23,566 bases of DNA from Candidatus Fervidifonticultor secundus (GTDB lineage: Bacteria > Sysuimicrobiota > Sysuimicrobiia > Sysuimicrobiales > Humicultoraceae). A program made the translations under genes and the position numbers. Position 1 is the stretch's first letter, and the number at the start of each line of letters is the position of its first letter. The notes below the pieces were generated by a model that made no database searches, was not told the DNA's origin, and saw only the letters and a program-made list of their open reading frames with translations. Below, one piece after another: positions 1 through 9,787 of this stretch. The stretch is taken from the NCBI GenBank assembly GCA_031459385.1, contig JAVKIP010000031.1:1-23566 (forward strand), in the 5' to 3' direction.

Positions 1-2
1 TC

Positions 3-128
3 ATTCTCGCCGTCGTCCTGTTCATGATCGTCGCGGCGTTTGGTCTGCGGGGCGTGCTCGACGCCGCCGTCACCAAAGTCGGCGGCTGGATCGGCGCGGT
101 GAACCCACCCGCCCCGCCGACTCCGTAG
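3..128 (+). CDS. flp: Flp/Fap family pilin, 3' part (5' end outside window)
   Basis: Frame 3 reads ILAVVLFMIVAAFGLRGVLDAAVTKVGGWIGAVNPPAPPTP* (TAG 126-128): a hydrophobic helix followed by a short amphipathic tail, directly upstream of tadE/cpaB. The G|xxxxEY cleavage motif is not visible because the gene is truncated. Not in the ORF track. Confidence 0.75.
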   Translation: MLAVVLFMIVAAFGLRGVLDAAVTKVGGWIGAVNPPAPPTP

Positions 129-149
129 AGGACGCTACCTGCAGGTGCA

Positions 150-181
150 CGGGGCCATCCGGGGCAGACCGGATGGCCCCG
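150..181 (+). terminator. Strong intergenic stem-loop after flp (attenuator or mRNA stabiliser)
   Basis: CGGGGCCATCCGG (150-162) / GGCAGA loop / CCGGATGGCCCCG (169-181): perfect 13-bp stem with no U-tract. Confidence 0.65.
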
Positions 182-212
182 GGGCGACCACAGGCGGCAC
201 TTGGAGAGCGTC

Positions 213-641
213 ATGGCGCAGCGCGGCCAGGCCACGGTCGAGTTCGTCCTGCTCACACCGCTGCTGCTCGTGTTGTTGTTCCTGATCTTCGAGTTCGGCC
301 GGGTGTTCGGGTCGTGGCTGATCGTGACCAATGCGGCCCGGGAAGGCGCGCGCTTCGGCATCGTGCAGGCGTTCGACACGTCGTCGGATCCCGCCATCAA
401 GCAGCGGGTGCGGCAGACCGCGCAGTTCCTGACCATCAACGACGGCGCCTGCAGCGGCACCTACGACTCGTGCATTGAGATCGTGCGCACGACAGACGGC
501 CTCGAGAAGCTGGTGAGCGTGACGACCAGGTACAAAGTGTACACGCTGATGCCGATCACCGGAGACATTCCGTTTCTCGGGGCGATCAACTACCCGGGGT
601 ACCTCGAGGTGGTGGGCACCTCGACGATGCGGTGGGAGTAG
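213..641 (+). CDS. tadE: TadE/TadF-like minor pilin (pseudopilin)
   Basis: MAQRG|QATVEFVLLTPLLLVLLFLIFEFG...NAAREGAR is the TadE signature. GGAGAG SD at 203-208 favours ATG 213 over TTG 201. Confidence 0.92.
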   Translation: MAQRGQATVEFVLLTPLLLVLLFLIFEFGRVFGSWLIVTNAAREGARFGIVQAFDTSSDPAIKQRVRQTAQFLTINDGACSGTYDSCIEIVRTTDGLEKLVSVTTRYKVYTLMPITGDIPFLGAINYPGYLEVVGTSTMRWE

Positions 642-655
642 GAGGGCGAGTGGTC

Positions 656-1558
656 ATGAGGCGCAGATGGGTTGTGCCGGTAATCTCCGCGGTGCTGGCG
701 CTGCTGACGACCGGGGTCGTGGTGGGGTACCTGCAGTCGCTGCGCCAGCAGGTTACGGTGGTCGCGCCGGTCGAGACGGCCGCCGTCGTGTTCGCGCGGA
801 CGAACGTCGGGGAGCGCAAGCTGGTGGCGCCTGACGCGGTGGAGCTGCGCCAGGTGCCGGTAGGGGCCATCCACCCGCAGGCGGCGCGGCGCGTCGAGGA
901 CGTGGTGAACCGCGTCGCAGTCGCGCCGATCTTCGCCGACGAGCAGGTCCTGACCGCGAAGCTGGCGCCGCCGGGGGTCAACGTGGGGCTGTCGTACGTG
1001 CTGCCCCGCGACAAGCGGGCGATGACGATCGCCGTCAACGAGGTGGTCGGGGTGGCCGGGTTCGTGTTCCCGGGCGACCACGTGGATGTCGTCTCGACGG
1101 TGAGTCAGGACAACCTGAACCTGACTAAGATCGTGCTCCAGGACGTCGAGGTCCTGGCCATCGCGCAGAAGGTCGAGCAGAAGCCTGGGGAGGAACCCAA
1201 GGTCAGCACATCGGCGACGCTTGCCGTCACGCCGGACCAGGCCGAGATCCTAGCCCAGGTGGACAACAACGGCAGGGTCCGGCTGGCCCTGCGGCCGCAC
1301 GGCGTGACCGACAAGGTCGAGACGTCGGGCAAGACGATCCAGGCGGCACTGGGCCGCACGGTAGCTGCGGCAGCGCCCCGGCCCGCGTCCCCGCCCGTCG
1401 TCGCCGTCCGCACAGACGGCGTGCGGCGCGCGGCCCGGGGAAGCCTGGCCCGCGCCGCGGCCGCGGTCGCCCCGCCGGTGCCACCGCTCCTCTACACGGT
1501 GGACGTGTGGCGCGCCACCTCGCGGACCACGGTGCGCTTCGAGGAGCCCCGGCGATGA
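656..1558 (+). CDS. cpaB: Flp pilus assembly protein CpaB/RcpC (SAF + RcpC domains)
   Basis: N-terminal TM segment, SAF-like region, and RAMTIAVNEVVGVAGFVFPGDHVDV / VLQDVEVLAI / ATLAVTPDQAEIL / LALR motifs. GGAGG at 641-645 before ATG 656. Confidence 0.93.
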   Translation: MRRRWVVPVISAVLALLTTGVVVGYLQSLRQQVTVVAPVETAAVVFARTNVGERKLVAPDAVELRQVPVGAIHPQAARRVEDVVNRVAVAPIFADEQVLTAKLAPPGVNVGLSYVLPRDKRAMTIAVNEVVGVAGFVFPGDHVDVVSTVSQDNLNLTKIVLQDVEVLAIAQKVEQKPGEEPKVSTSATLAVTPDQAEILAQVDNNGRVRLALRPHGVTDKVETSGKTIQAALGRTVAAAAPRPASPPVVAVRTDGVRRAARGSLARAAAAVAPPVPPLLYTVDVWRATSRTTVRFEEPRR

Positions 1559-2646
1559 GCCCGGGTGCGCCCCTAGAGCAGCGCGGCACGGCCGTCGTCT
1601 TCGTCGTCGTTACGTTTCTCGTGCTACTGCTCCTGCTGGGGATGGCGGTCGACTTCGGCATCCTCCTGCGCTACCGGCGCGCCATGCAGAACGCGTGCGA
1701 CGCCGGCGTGCTGGCGGGCGCGCTGAACCTCAGGCGCGATCCGGCGTCGGTGGTGCCGACGACCGAGCGGTACGCCGAGAACGACATGCGCCGCAACGCC
1801 ATCTCCTGGACGTCGCTGGAGGCTGCGACCTACGACAAGAACTGGCAGCCCACGCTGATGGGGCCCGACCGGGTGCGGGCCGAGATCCACGCGATGGTGC
1901 CCCTGTTCTTCCTGCGGCTCGTCAGGGACAGCGTGGAGGTCGCGGTGGATTGTGCGGCCAAGCTCACACCGGTCATCTTCACCAAGGGCCTCGTGCCGTT
2001 GGGTCTGAACTACGACCAGTGGGAGCCCTACCACGCTTCGCCCTGTTGGGACTATGTCACGGCAGGCACGCTCATCCAGGAGCGGCCCCCGCAATGCCAG
2101 TCGTTCGGCATCACCGTCGACATCAGCGCCAAGAGCAACCCCTGGGGGTCGGGCAACACGGGCCTGCTCAGCATGAGCTGCTTCGACTGCACCAGCGGTG
2201 GTGCACGGCAGTGGGAGGAGTACTTCAAGTTCGGCGCCCCCACCCCTTACTGCTACGACATGGGCCAGACGAGCGCGGTGACGTCGGGGACGTATCCGGA
2301 TGGCAGCCCGGCGCTGTGCGCCAACGTCAAGACCGAGACCGGCGTCAAAATCGGCGCCCTCAACCAGGGCATCGACTGGCGGTGCAGCCAGCCTGCCCCG
2401 CCGGATTCCCTGGCACACATTATCATGATGCCGCTGCTGAATCCCGCCTACATCGAAGGAGGCCAGGGGACTTACACGACCGAGATCTGGGGGTTCGTGG
2501 CGTTCCAGCTGGACTGCAGCGGGAGGAGGCTCACGGGCGCCAACCCCACGATCAGGGGCGGCTTCGTGTCGATCGTCAGCGCGCAGGCCGTGGGGACCGA
2601 GACCGAGTTCGATACCGGCGTCTACACCATCAAACTCATCGAGTAG
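1555..2646 (+). CDS. tadG: TadG-like pilus protein (N-terminal Tad domain, Cys-rich C-terminal domain)
   Basis: QRG|TAVVFVVV...LGMAVDFG...MQNACDAGVLAGA is the Tad/TadG N-terminal signature. ATGA overlap with the cpaB stop and GAGGAG SD at 1541-1546. Confidence 0.82.
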   Translation: MSPGAPLEQRGTAVVFVVVTFLVLLLLLGMAVDFGILLRYRRAMQNACDAGVLAGALNLRRDPASVVPTTERYAENDMRRNAISWTSLEAATYDKNWQPTLMGPDRVRAEIHAMVPLFFLRLVRDSVEVAVDCAAKLTPVIFTKGLVPLGLNYDQWEPYHASPCWDYVTAGTLIQERPPQCQSFGITVDISAKSNPWGSGNTGLLSMSCFDCTSGGARQWEEYFKFGAPTPYCYDMGQTSAVTSGTYPDGSPALCANVKTETGVKIGALNQGIDWRCSQPAPPDSLAHIIMMPLLNPAYIEGGQGTYTTEIWGFVAFQLDCSGRRLTGANPTIRGGFVSIVSAQAVGTETEFDTGVYTIKLIE

Positions 2647-2656
2647 GGGCGGGAGC

Positions 2657-3779
2657 GTGGCCGACTACCTTCGCGTGGTGGTGGCGGTGCCCGACGAGGC
2701 CACGGCAAACCTCATCCATCGGGTCGTCAGTCACCACCAGGCCGCACGCGTCGTCGCCACCGTGGACAACGACGTGCGGCTGGTGGACGCCGTGACCTAC
2801 CGGCGGCCCCAGCTAGTGTTCATTTCCACCGATCTGGCGGACATGCGCGGGTTCGACACCGCCGACCGGCTCTCGCGCCGACACCCCGGGCTCTACATCG
2901 CCATGGTCTCGCCGCGGAACCGCCCGGAGGAACTGCGGCGTGCCATGAAAGCCGGCGCCCGCGAGTGCCTGTTCGAGCCGCTCAGCGAGGACGCGATCCT
3001 CCGGGTGCTGGACGAAGCGCGGGAGTTCGGCGGGGCGGTGGCGGGGCGGCGGGGCGCGGTCGTGGCCGTGATGTCGAGCAAGGGCGGCGTCGGGAAGAGC
3101 ACCCTGGCCACGAATCTGGCCGTAGCCCTCAGGCAGCTGGACGGCGGGCGGGTGGCGTTGGTGGACGGCGACCTGTACTTCGGCGACATCGCCCTGCTGC
3201 TCAACATCAAGCCGGAGCGGACGATCTACGAGCTCAACACGGCGCTCGACGCCGAAGTGGCGGACCGGTTCCTGCTGCCGCACGCGTCGGGTGTCGAAAT
3301 CCTGGCGGCGCCGGTGCGGACGGAGCAGGCCGAAGAGATCGGCGCGGAGCGGTTCCGCAGCATCCTCGGCGTTTTGCAGGACCTGTACGAGTTTGTGGTC
3401 GTGGACGCCACCGTCTCGTCGCTGGAGACCATGCTGGCCACGCTGGACGTGGCCGATGTGGTCTTGGTAGTGTCCACGCTCGACGTCGTCTGCCTGAAGG
3501 ACGTCACGCAGATGCTGGAGATGCTGGCCAAGCTGCGCTTCCCCCAGCACAACATCGTGCTGGTCGGCAACCGGTACGACGAGCGCGTCTCGCTGGCGCC
3601 GAAAGACGCCGAGCGCGCGCTCGGCCGCCCGTTCACCATGGTGCTGCCGCGCGACGACCGTATCATCGCCGCGGCCAACCGGGGCGTGCCGCTAATGCTG
3701 TCGGAACCGGGCGCGTCGTTCTCGCAGCGCGTGGTGGCGCTGGCGCGAACGCTGCGGGCCCAGATCGGGAGGGCAGACC

Positions 3780-3793
<14 letters not shown>
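2657..3793 (+). CDS. cpaE: CpaE/TadZ pilus assembly ATPase (receiver-like domain + MinD/ParA domain)
   Basis: Deviant Walker A SKGGVGKST, LVDGDLYFGD, VVVDA, and a receiver-like N-terminus (LRRAMKAGARECL). GTG start. Confidence 0.92.
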
Positions 3794-5075
<1,282 letters not shown>

Positions 5076-5088
5076 GGAGGAGACCGTC

Positions 5089-6027
5089 GTGGGCACGCTG
5101 ATCGCCGTGGTGTTCGCAGCCAGCCTGTGGCTGGCCTACCTGCTGGTAGGCCGCCTGCTGGCGCCGCGCGTCGCGGTGGCCGAGCGGCTGGAGGCGCTGC
5201 GCGGCACGGGCCGACGGCCGGCACCCGAGGCCGGCCGGTGGAGCGACGTGCCGGCCGCCGACCGGCTGATGGGACGCCTGACCCTGACGCCCAGACTCGA
5301 GCAGTTGCTCGACCAGGCCGACCTGCCCATGAAGCCCTTCGAGTTCGTGCTGGTGTCGCTGGTCAGCGGGCTCGGGCTGGCCATCGTCGGCATGCTGCTC
5401 CGCCGGGCCCCCCTCCTGGGCCCTGCGCTGGGGCTGGGCGGGCTCGCGCTGCCGCTGTTCTGGGTGCACCTGCGCCGGCTGCGCCGCAGGGATGCCTTCA
5501 ACCGGCAGATCCCCGACGCGCTCCAGGCCATCAGCAACACCCTGCGGGCCGGATACGGGTTCAGCCAGGGGATGCAGGTGGTCGCCACCGATCTGCCAGT
5601 ACCGATTTCCGTCGAGTTCGCCCGGGCCCTGCGCGAGATGAACCTGGGCCTCACGGTGGAGGAGGTCCTGCAGACCATGGCCCGGCGGATGCAGAGCCTC
5701 GACTTCGACCTGGCCGTCTCCGGCATCTTGATCAACCGGCAGGTCGGCGGGAACCTGGCCGAGCTGCTGGACCAGATCAGTGCGACGATCCGCGAGCGCG
5801 TGAAGCTGCAGAACTTCATCCGCGTGCTCACCGCCGAGCAGCGACTGTCGGCGATCGTCGTGATGGCGGTGCCGCCGCTGCTGGCCGTGATCCTGCTGGT
5901 CGCCTGGCGGGAGTACATGTCCTACCTGTTGTTCACGCGCGTCGGGCAGGCCCTGCTGGTCCTGGCCGCCCTGATGCAGGCCGCCGGCGTGTACGTCATC
6001 CGGCGCATCGTGGCCATCGAGGTATAA
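5089..6027 (+). CDS. tadB: Tad pilus inner-membrane platform protein TadB (T2SS F domain)
   Basis: QIPDALQAISNTLRAG, GGNLAELLDQISATIRER and several TM segments. GAGGAG SD. Confidence 0.93.
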   Translation: MGTLIAVVFAASLWLAYLLVGRLLAPRVAVAERLEALRGTGRRPAPEAGRWSDVPAADRLMGRLTLTPRLEQLLDQADLPMKPFEFVLVSLVSGLGLAIVGMLLRRAPLLGPALGLGGLALPLFWVHLRRLRRRDAFNRQIPDALQAISNTLRAGYGFSQGMQVVATDLPVPISVEFARALREMNLGLTVEEVLQTMARRMQSLDFDLAVSGILINRQVGGNLAELLDQISATIRERVKLQNFIRVLTAEQRLSAIVVMAVPPLLAVILLVAWREYMSYLLFTRVGQALLVLAALMQAAGVYVIRRIVAIEV

Positions 6028-6039
6028 AGGGGCACACCC

Positions 6040-6999
6040 ATGGACGTCGCGGTCATCGCCTTCCTGGTCTTCGCCTCGGTTTTCATGGGCGGAATGGCGC
6101 TCCTGCTGCGGCGGCCGGAGCAGCAGGCGGTGGCGGACCGGCTGCTGGCGCTGGAGCAGCAGCGGTCGCCCCGCGCCGCCGTGCTGGCGCTGCCGTTTCA
6201 CCGACGGGTACTCGTGCCAGCGGTACACCAGGCCATCCAGGCGGTCACCCGATTCCTGCCTCCCAGATCGTTGGCGGAGGTCGAGAAGAACCTGACGATG
6301 GCCGGCCGGCGGCGCAGCGATCCTGTCGTCTGGGTGCTCCGGAAGTACGCGCTCGCCGCGGCCTCCGCCGGCCTGGCATTGGTCGCCGCGCGCTACGCGC
6401 GCTGGCCGCTGGCCCAGCAGTTGCTCTTCACCGTGGCCGCCGGGGGCCTGGCGTACCTGTGGCCCGAACTGACGCTGCGCCGGGCGATCCTCGACCGGCA
6501 GGCGCGGATCGTGCGGGAACTCCCCGAGACCCTGGACCTGCTGACGATCTCCGTCGAGGCCGGGCTGGGCCTCGATCAGGCCCTGGAGACCGTCACGTCG
6601 CGCCGGGCCGGGCCGCTGTCGGACGAGATTCGGGCCTATCTGGACGAGATCCGGCTGGGCCGGGACCGGCACGAGGCGCTCAGGGCGCTGGGGTCGCGGA
6701 CCGGGGTCGAGGACCTGATCTCGCTGACTGCGACCCTGGTGCAGGCCATGGAGTACGGCGTCAGCATCGCCACGGTGCTGCGCGTCCAGGCCGACGAGGT
6801 GCGGACGCGCCGGCGCCAGCGCATCGAGGAGCGGGCGATGAAGGCACCGGTCAAGATGCTCTTCCCGCTCATCTTCCTGATCTTGCCGGCCCTGTTCGTG
6901 GTCGTGGCCGGGCCCGGCCTGATCCGGGCGTACGCGGAGTTCATCAAGCCCGGTGGCCCCTCGGGGCGGTTCGGAGCCCCGACGCACCAGATCCGGTAG
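6040..6999 (+). CDS. tadC: Tad pilus inner-membrane platform protein TadC
   Basis: LPETLDLLTISVEAGLGLDQAL and EERAMKAPVKMLFPLIFLILPALFVVVAGP. Confidence 0.94.
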   Translation: MDVAVIAFLVFASVFMGGMALLLRRPEQQAVADRLLALEQQRSPRAAVLALPFHRRVLVPAVHQAIQAVTRFLPPRSLAEVEKNLTMAGRRRSDPVVWVLRKYALAAASAGLALVAARYARWPLAQQLLFTVAAGGLAYLWPELTLRRAILDRQARIVRELPETLDLLTISVEAGLGLDQALETVTSRRAGPLSDEIRAYLDEIRLGRDRHEALRALGSRTGVEDLISLTATLVQAMEYGVSIATVLRVQADEVRTRRRQRIEERAMKAPVKMLFPLIFLILPALFVVVAGPGLIRAYAEFIKPGGPSGRFGAPTHQIR

Positions 7000-7024
7000 C
7001 GCCGGCGGGCCACGGAGGACGCAG

Positions 7025-8554
7025 ATGCAGATCTCCCGACGACGTCGTTCCTACACTGCACGGCGAGGAGGCTCAGCCGCAATGCGTACGCTGCTTTCGA
7101 GTGCACTCATCCTCATGCTGGCGACGATCGCGGCGCCGGTGGTAGACGCCAACGAGACCGTCGTCGTGCAGGTCAACCACGGGCTGCTGCTCAAGGTGCG
7201 CGGGGCCGAGCGCGTGGTGGTGGCCGCGCCGGAGATCGCCGACGTCAACCTGATCACCCGCAACGAGCTGATGATTATCGCCAAGAAGGTTGGCGAGACC
7301 ACGCTCAGCGTATGGGACGCGCGAGGGTTCACCACCTACCGGATCCTGGTGGTCACCGGTCCCGCCGAGGACCTGGTGCAGGTTATCACGCAGGTGCTGC
7401 GCGAGCCCCGGCTCACGGTGCGCGTGGTCGGGCAGGTGGTGGTCCTCGAGGGGTCGGTGAAGACCGAGGAGGACAGGAAGCGGGCGGAAGAGATCGCCCG
7501 GGCCCTGGCGACCGGCCGCACGGTGGCCAACGCGCTGACGGTGGAGCAAACGAAGGCGACCGAGGAGGAGCAGCGGCGGCAGGCGGCCGAGGCCGCCCGC
7601 CGGGCCCGCGAGACGCAGCTGCGCGAGGCGCTCCACGGCCTGCAGGTGACGGTCCGGCTGCTCGATCTGGAGACGGCCATCATCGAAGGCGGCGTCGCCA
7701 CCCAGGAGGACCTGCGGCGCCTGGAGAGCATCGCCCGGACGTTCGTGAAGAACGTCACGGTGCTGGTGCGCGTGACCGCGCCGCTGCAGATCCGCGTCGA
7801 CACCACGTTCGTCGAGCTCGACCGCACCGCGCTGCAGCAGATGGGGGTGGAGTGGGGTGGCGGCCAGGCGACCGATCCGTTCCTCACCGACCCGTTCGCC
7901 TTCCACTTCGGGAACCTGAACCAGGGCTGGCCCCTGACGCCGCTGCAGCTGCTGGTGGCGCGGCTGCGGGCGCTGGAGGCCCGCGGGGCGGCCCGGACCC
8001 TGGCGAACCCGCGGGCGGTGGTGATGCAGGGCCGGCCGGGCAAGCTGCTGGTGGGCGGCGAACTTCCCATTCCCATCGTGCAGGCCGACCGCACGGCCGT
8101 CCAGTTCAAGGAGTTCGGGATCCGGCTGGAGTTCTGCGTGAACTCGCTGCTCCGCAAGCAGGGCGAGCAGCTCGATTGCGTGCCCTCCCCGGGCATGGGA
8201 GGCGGCGACGGCCTGACGATGGACCTGCGCACCGAGGTGAGCACGCTGGACTTCTCCAACGCCATCGTGGCGGCAGGCTTCCTGATCCCGACCATCCGCA
8301 AGCGCGAGGTGCAGACGTCGGTGATGCTGCGGCCTGGCGAGTTCCTGCTGCTCGGCGGCCTGATCCAGCGCGAGCAGAGCCAGAACGTCCAGAAGGTGCC
8401 GCTTTTGGGCGACATCCCCGTCCTGGGTGCGCTGTTTCGCAGCACCCGTTTCCAGCGCGGCGAGACCGAGCTGGTGATCTTCGTCTCGCCCAGCGTGGTC
8501 GCGCCGACCCGGGAAGCACCGCCGACCCCGGCGGAGCCCACATCGTCGCCGTAG
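7025..8554 (+). CDS. cpaC: Tad secretin CpaC/RcpA with N-terminal pilus domain and BON-like domains
   Basis: Signal peptide (RTLLSSALILMLATIAAPVVDA), T2SS-T3SS_pil_N-like segment (VAAPEIADV...KKVGETTLSVWD), two BON-like repeats, and secretin motifs LVGGELPIP, FKEFGIRL, KVPLLGDIPVLGALFRS, ETELVIFVSP. Start is ATG 7025 or ATG 7082; both have an SD. Confidence 0.92.
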   Translation: MQISRRRRSYTARRGGSAAMRTLLSSALILMLATIAAPVVDANETVVVQVNHGLLLKVRGAERVVVAAPEIADVNLITRNELMIIAKKVGETTLSVWDARGFTTYRILVVTGPAEDLVQVITQVLREPRLTVRVVGQVVVLEGSVKTEEDRKRAEEIARALATGRTVANALTVEQTKATEEEQRRQAAEAARRARETQLREALHGLQVTVRLLDLETAIIEGGVATQEDLRRLESIARTFVKNVTVLVRVTAPLQIRVDTTFVELDRTALQQMGVEWGGGQATDPFLTDPFAFHFGNLNQGWPLTPLQLLVARLRALEARGAARTLANPRAVVMQGRPGKLLVGGELPIPIVQADRTAVQFKEFGIRLEFCVNSLLRKQGEQLDCVPSPGMGGGDGLTMDLRTEVSTLDFSNAIVAAGFLIPTIRKREVQTSVMLRPGEFLLLGGLIQREQSQNVQKVPLLGDIPVLGALFRSTRFQRGETELVIFVSPSVVAPTREAPPTPAEPTSSP

Positions 8555-8576
8555 GGTCGCAGGTGGGAGGCCCCGG

Positions 8577-8981
8577 ATGTACGTGATCAACCGGACGCGC
8601 GGCACGTACCTGGGCGTGGACGTGCAGGTGGCCAACTCCTTCCGGGCGCGGCTGCTCGGCCTGCTGGCGCACCGCGACCTCCGGTTCGGCGACGGGGTCT
8701 GGCTGGTGCCGTGCAACTCCGTGCAGACGTTTGGGATGCGCCACCCGATCGATGTGGTGTTTCTCGACGTCCGGCGGCACGTGGTGCGGGTGGTGGCGGG
8801 CGTGCGCCCGGCGCGGCTCATCTTGCCGGTGGCCGGGGCGCACTCGGCCCTGGAGCTGCCGGCTGGGGTAGTCCGCAGCAGCGAGACGCGGATCGGCGAT
8901 GTCATCGAGTTCGTGGCGGATCCGGTCGCCCGCATGGAGGAGGACAGGATGGCAGGGACCGCGCGCAGGGGCAGTCCGTAG
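8577..8981 (+). CDS. DUF192 family protein
   Basis: VANSFRARLLGLL...VPCNSVQTFGMRHPIDVVFLD...ALELPAG matches the DUF192 pattern often found in tad loci. GGGAGG SD. Confidence 0.82.
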   Translation: MYVINRTRGTYLGVDVQVANSFRARLLGLLAHRDLRFGDGVWLVPCNSVQTFGMRHPIDVVFLDVRRHVVRVVAGVRPARLILPVAGAHSALELPAGVVRSSETRIGDVIEFVADPVARMEEDRMAGTARRGSP

Positions 8982-8987
8982 GGGCCC

Positions 8988-9051
8988 GCCGGGGCGCGGT
9001 ACCGCGCCGCCGGCCCGGTGCGTGTGCCGCGCGCCCGGCGCGCCTCGGGCG
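8988..9051. terminator. Tandem GC-rich hairpins between convergent genes (putative bidirectional terminator)
   Basis: GCCGG-GGCGCG / GTAC / CGCGCC-g-CCGGC (8988-9014, 11 bp with one bulge) and CGCCCG...CGGGCG (9032-9051). No U-tracts. Confidence 0.45.
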
Positions 9052-9057
9052 AAGGGG

Positions 9058-9648
9058 CTACGGGGAACAGCGCCGGACGTGGCGCGTGCCCTCCACGTCG
9101 CAGCGTCCCGGGCACGGGTCCCAGGTGATCTTCAGCGTGTCGCGGTCGTAGACAGCAACGCCGTACCAGCGGGCCGGCGAGACGACCTCCACGTACGCCG
9201 GAAGGGCCAGGCCGTGCCGGCGCAGCGTGGCGCCGACCTCATGAGCCTTCGCCATGGCCAGCCGCCGCGCGCGGGCCGCGGTGGTGTCGGCGGCCAGTTC
9301 GATCGTCGCGCGCACCTGGGGCCGGTCGGCCCCCACCGTGCGCACGCACACCCGAGCGGGCTGCTCTGGGGCCAGGACCTGGCGGATAGGGTCGAGTACC
9401 GCCGGCCCGACCGTCGGCCGCGTAGCATCTGCTGGCGCAGCGACTTCGGGCACCGGCTGCGGCCGGCTGAGCACATAGTCCGAGACGGCATAGCCTGCGG
9501 CGAAGAACGCCAGCACCAGTAACGCGCGCACTGCCAGCGCCACCCTTTGCTGGCGCAGGCGGATCTCTTCCTGGATGCGGGCCCGGGCTTCGAGGCGGAA
9601 GCGCTCTTCTGCGTAGATGCGCTGCCGGAGTTCGGGCGAGAGGCTCAC
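9058..9648 (-). CDS. Hypothetical single-pass membrane protein
   Basis: GAGGAGG SD 8 nt before GTG 9648. Charged helical N-terminus, TM segment (VALAVRALLVLAFFAAGYAVSDYVL), Pro-rich linker and a C-terminal domain with 4 Cys. No family recognised. Confidence 0.75.
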   Translation of the reverse strand: MSLSPELRQRIYAEERFRLEARARIQEEIRLRQQRVALAVRALLVLAFFAAGYAVSDYVLSRPQPVPEVAAPADATRPTVGPAVLDPIRQVLAPEQPARVCVRTVGADRPQVRATIELAADTTAARARRLAMAKAHEVGATLRRHGLALPAYVEVVSPARWYGVAVYDRDTLKITWDPCPGRCDVEGTRHVRRCSP

Positions 9649-9698
9649 AGATCATGCCTCCTCACGCACCGCGGACCCCGGCGCTCCGCGGGTAGAAA

Positions 9699-9787
9699 AT
9701 CCCCCGGCGGGGGTGTCCAGCCCCCGGGCGGTAGGTTGGGCTCGTTGAGCATGTACCCAACAGCCTGAGCGCTCAGGCCTGAGAGAT
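9699..9787 (-). ncRNA. Candidate structured RNA (four-way junction, unassigned) upstream of the hypothetical membrane protein
   Basis: On the minus strand, AUCUCUC-A-GGC pairs with GCC-GGGGGAU and encloses three hairpins. It is preceded by a TATTAT -10-like box (9804-9809) and followed by UUUCU. Folded by eye; matches no family I can name. Confidence 0.4.
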
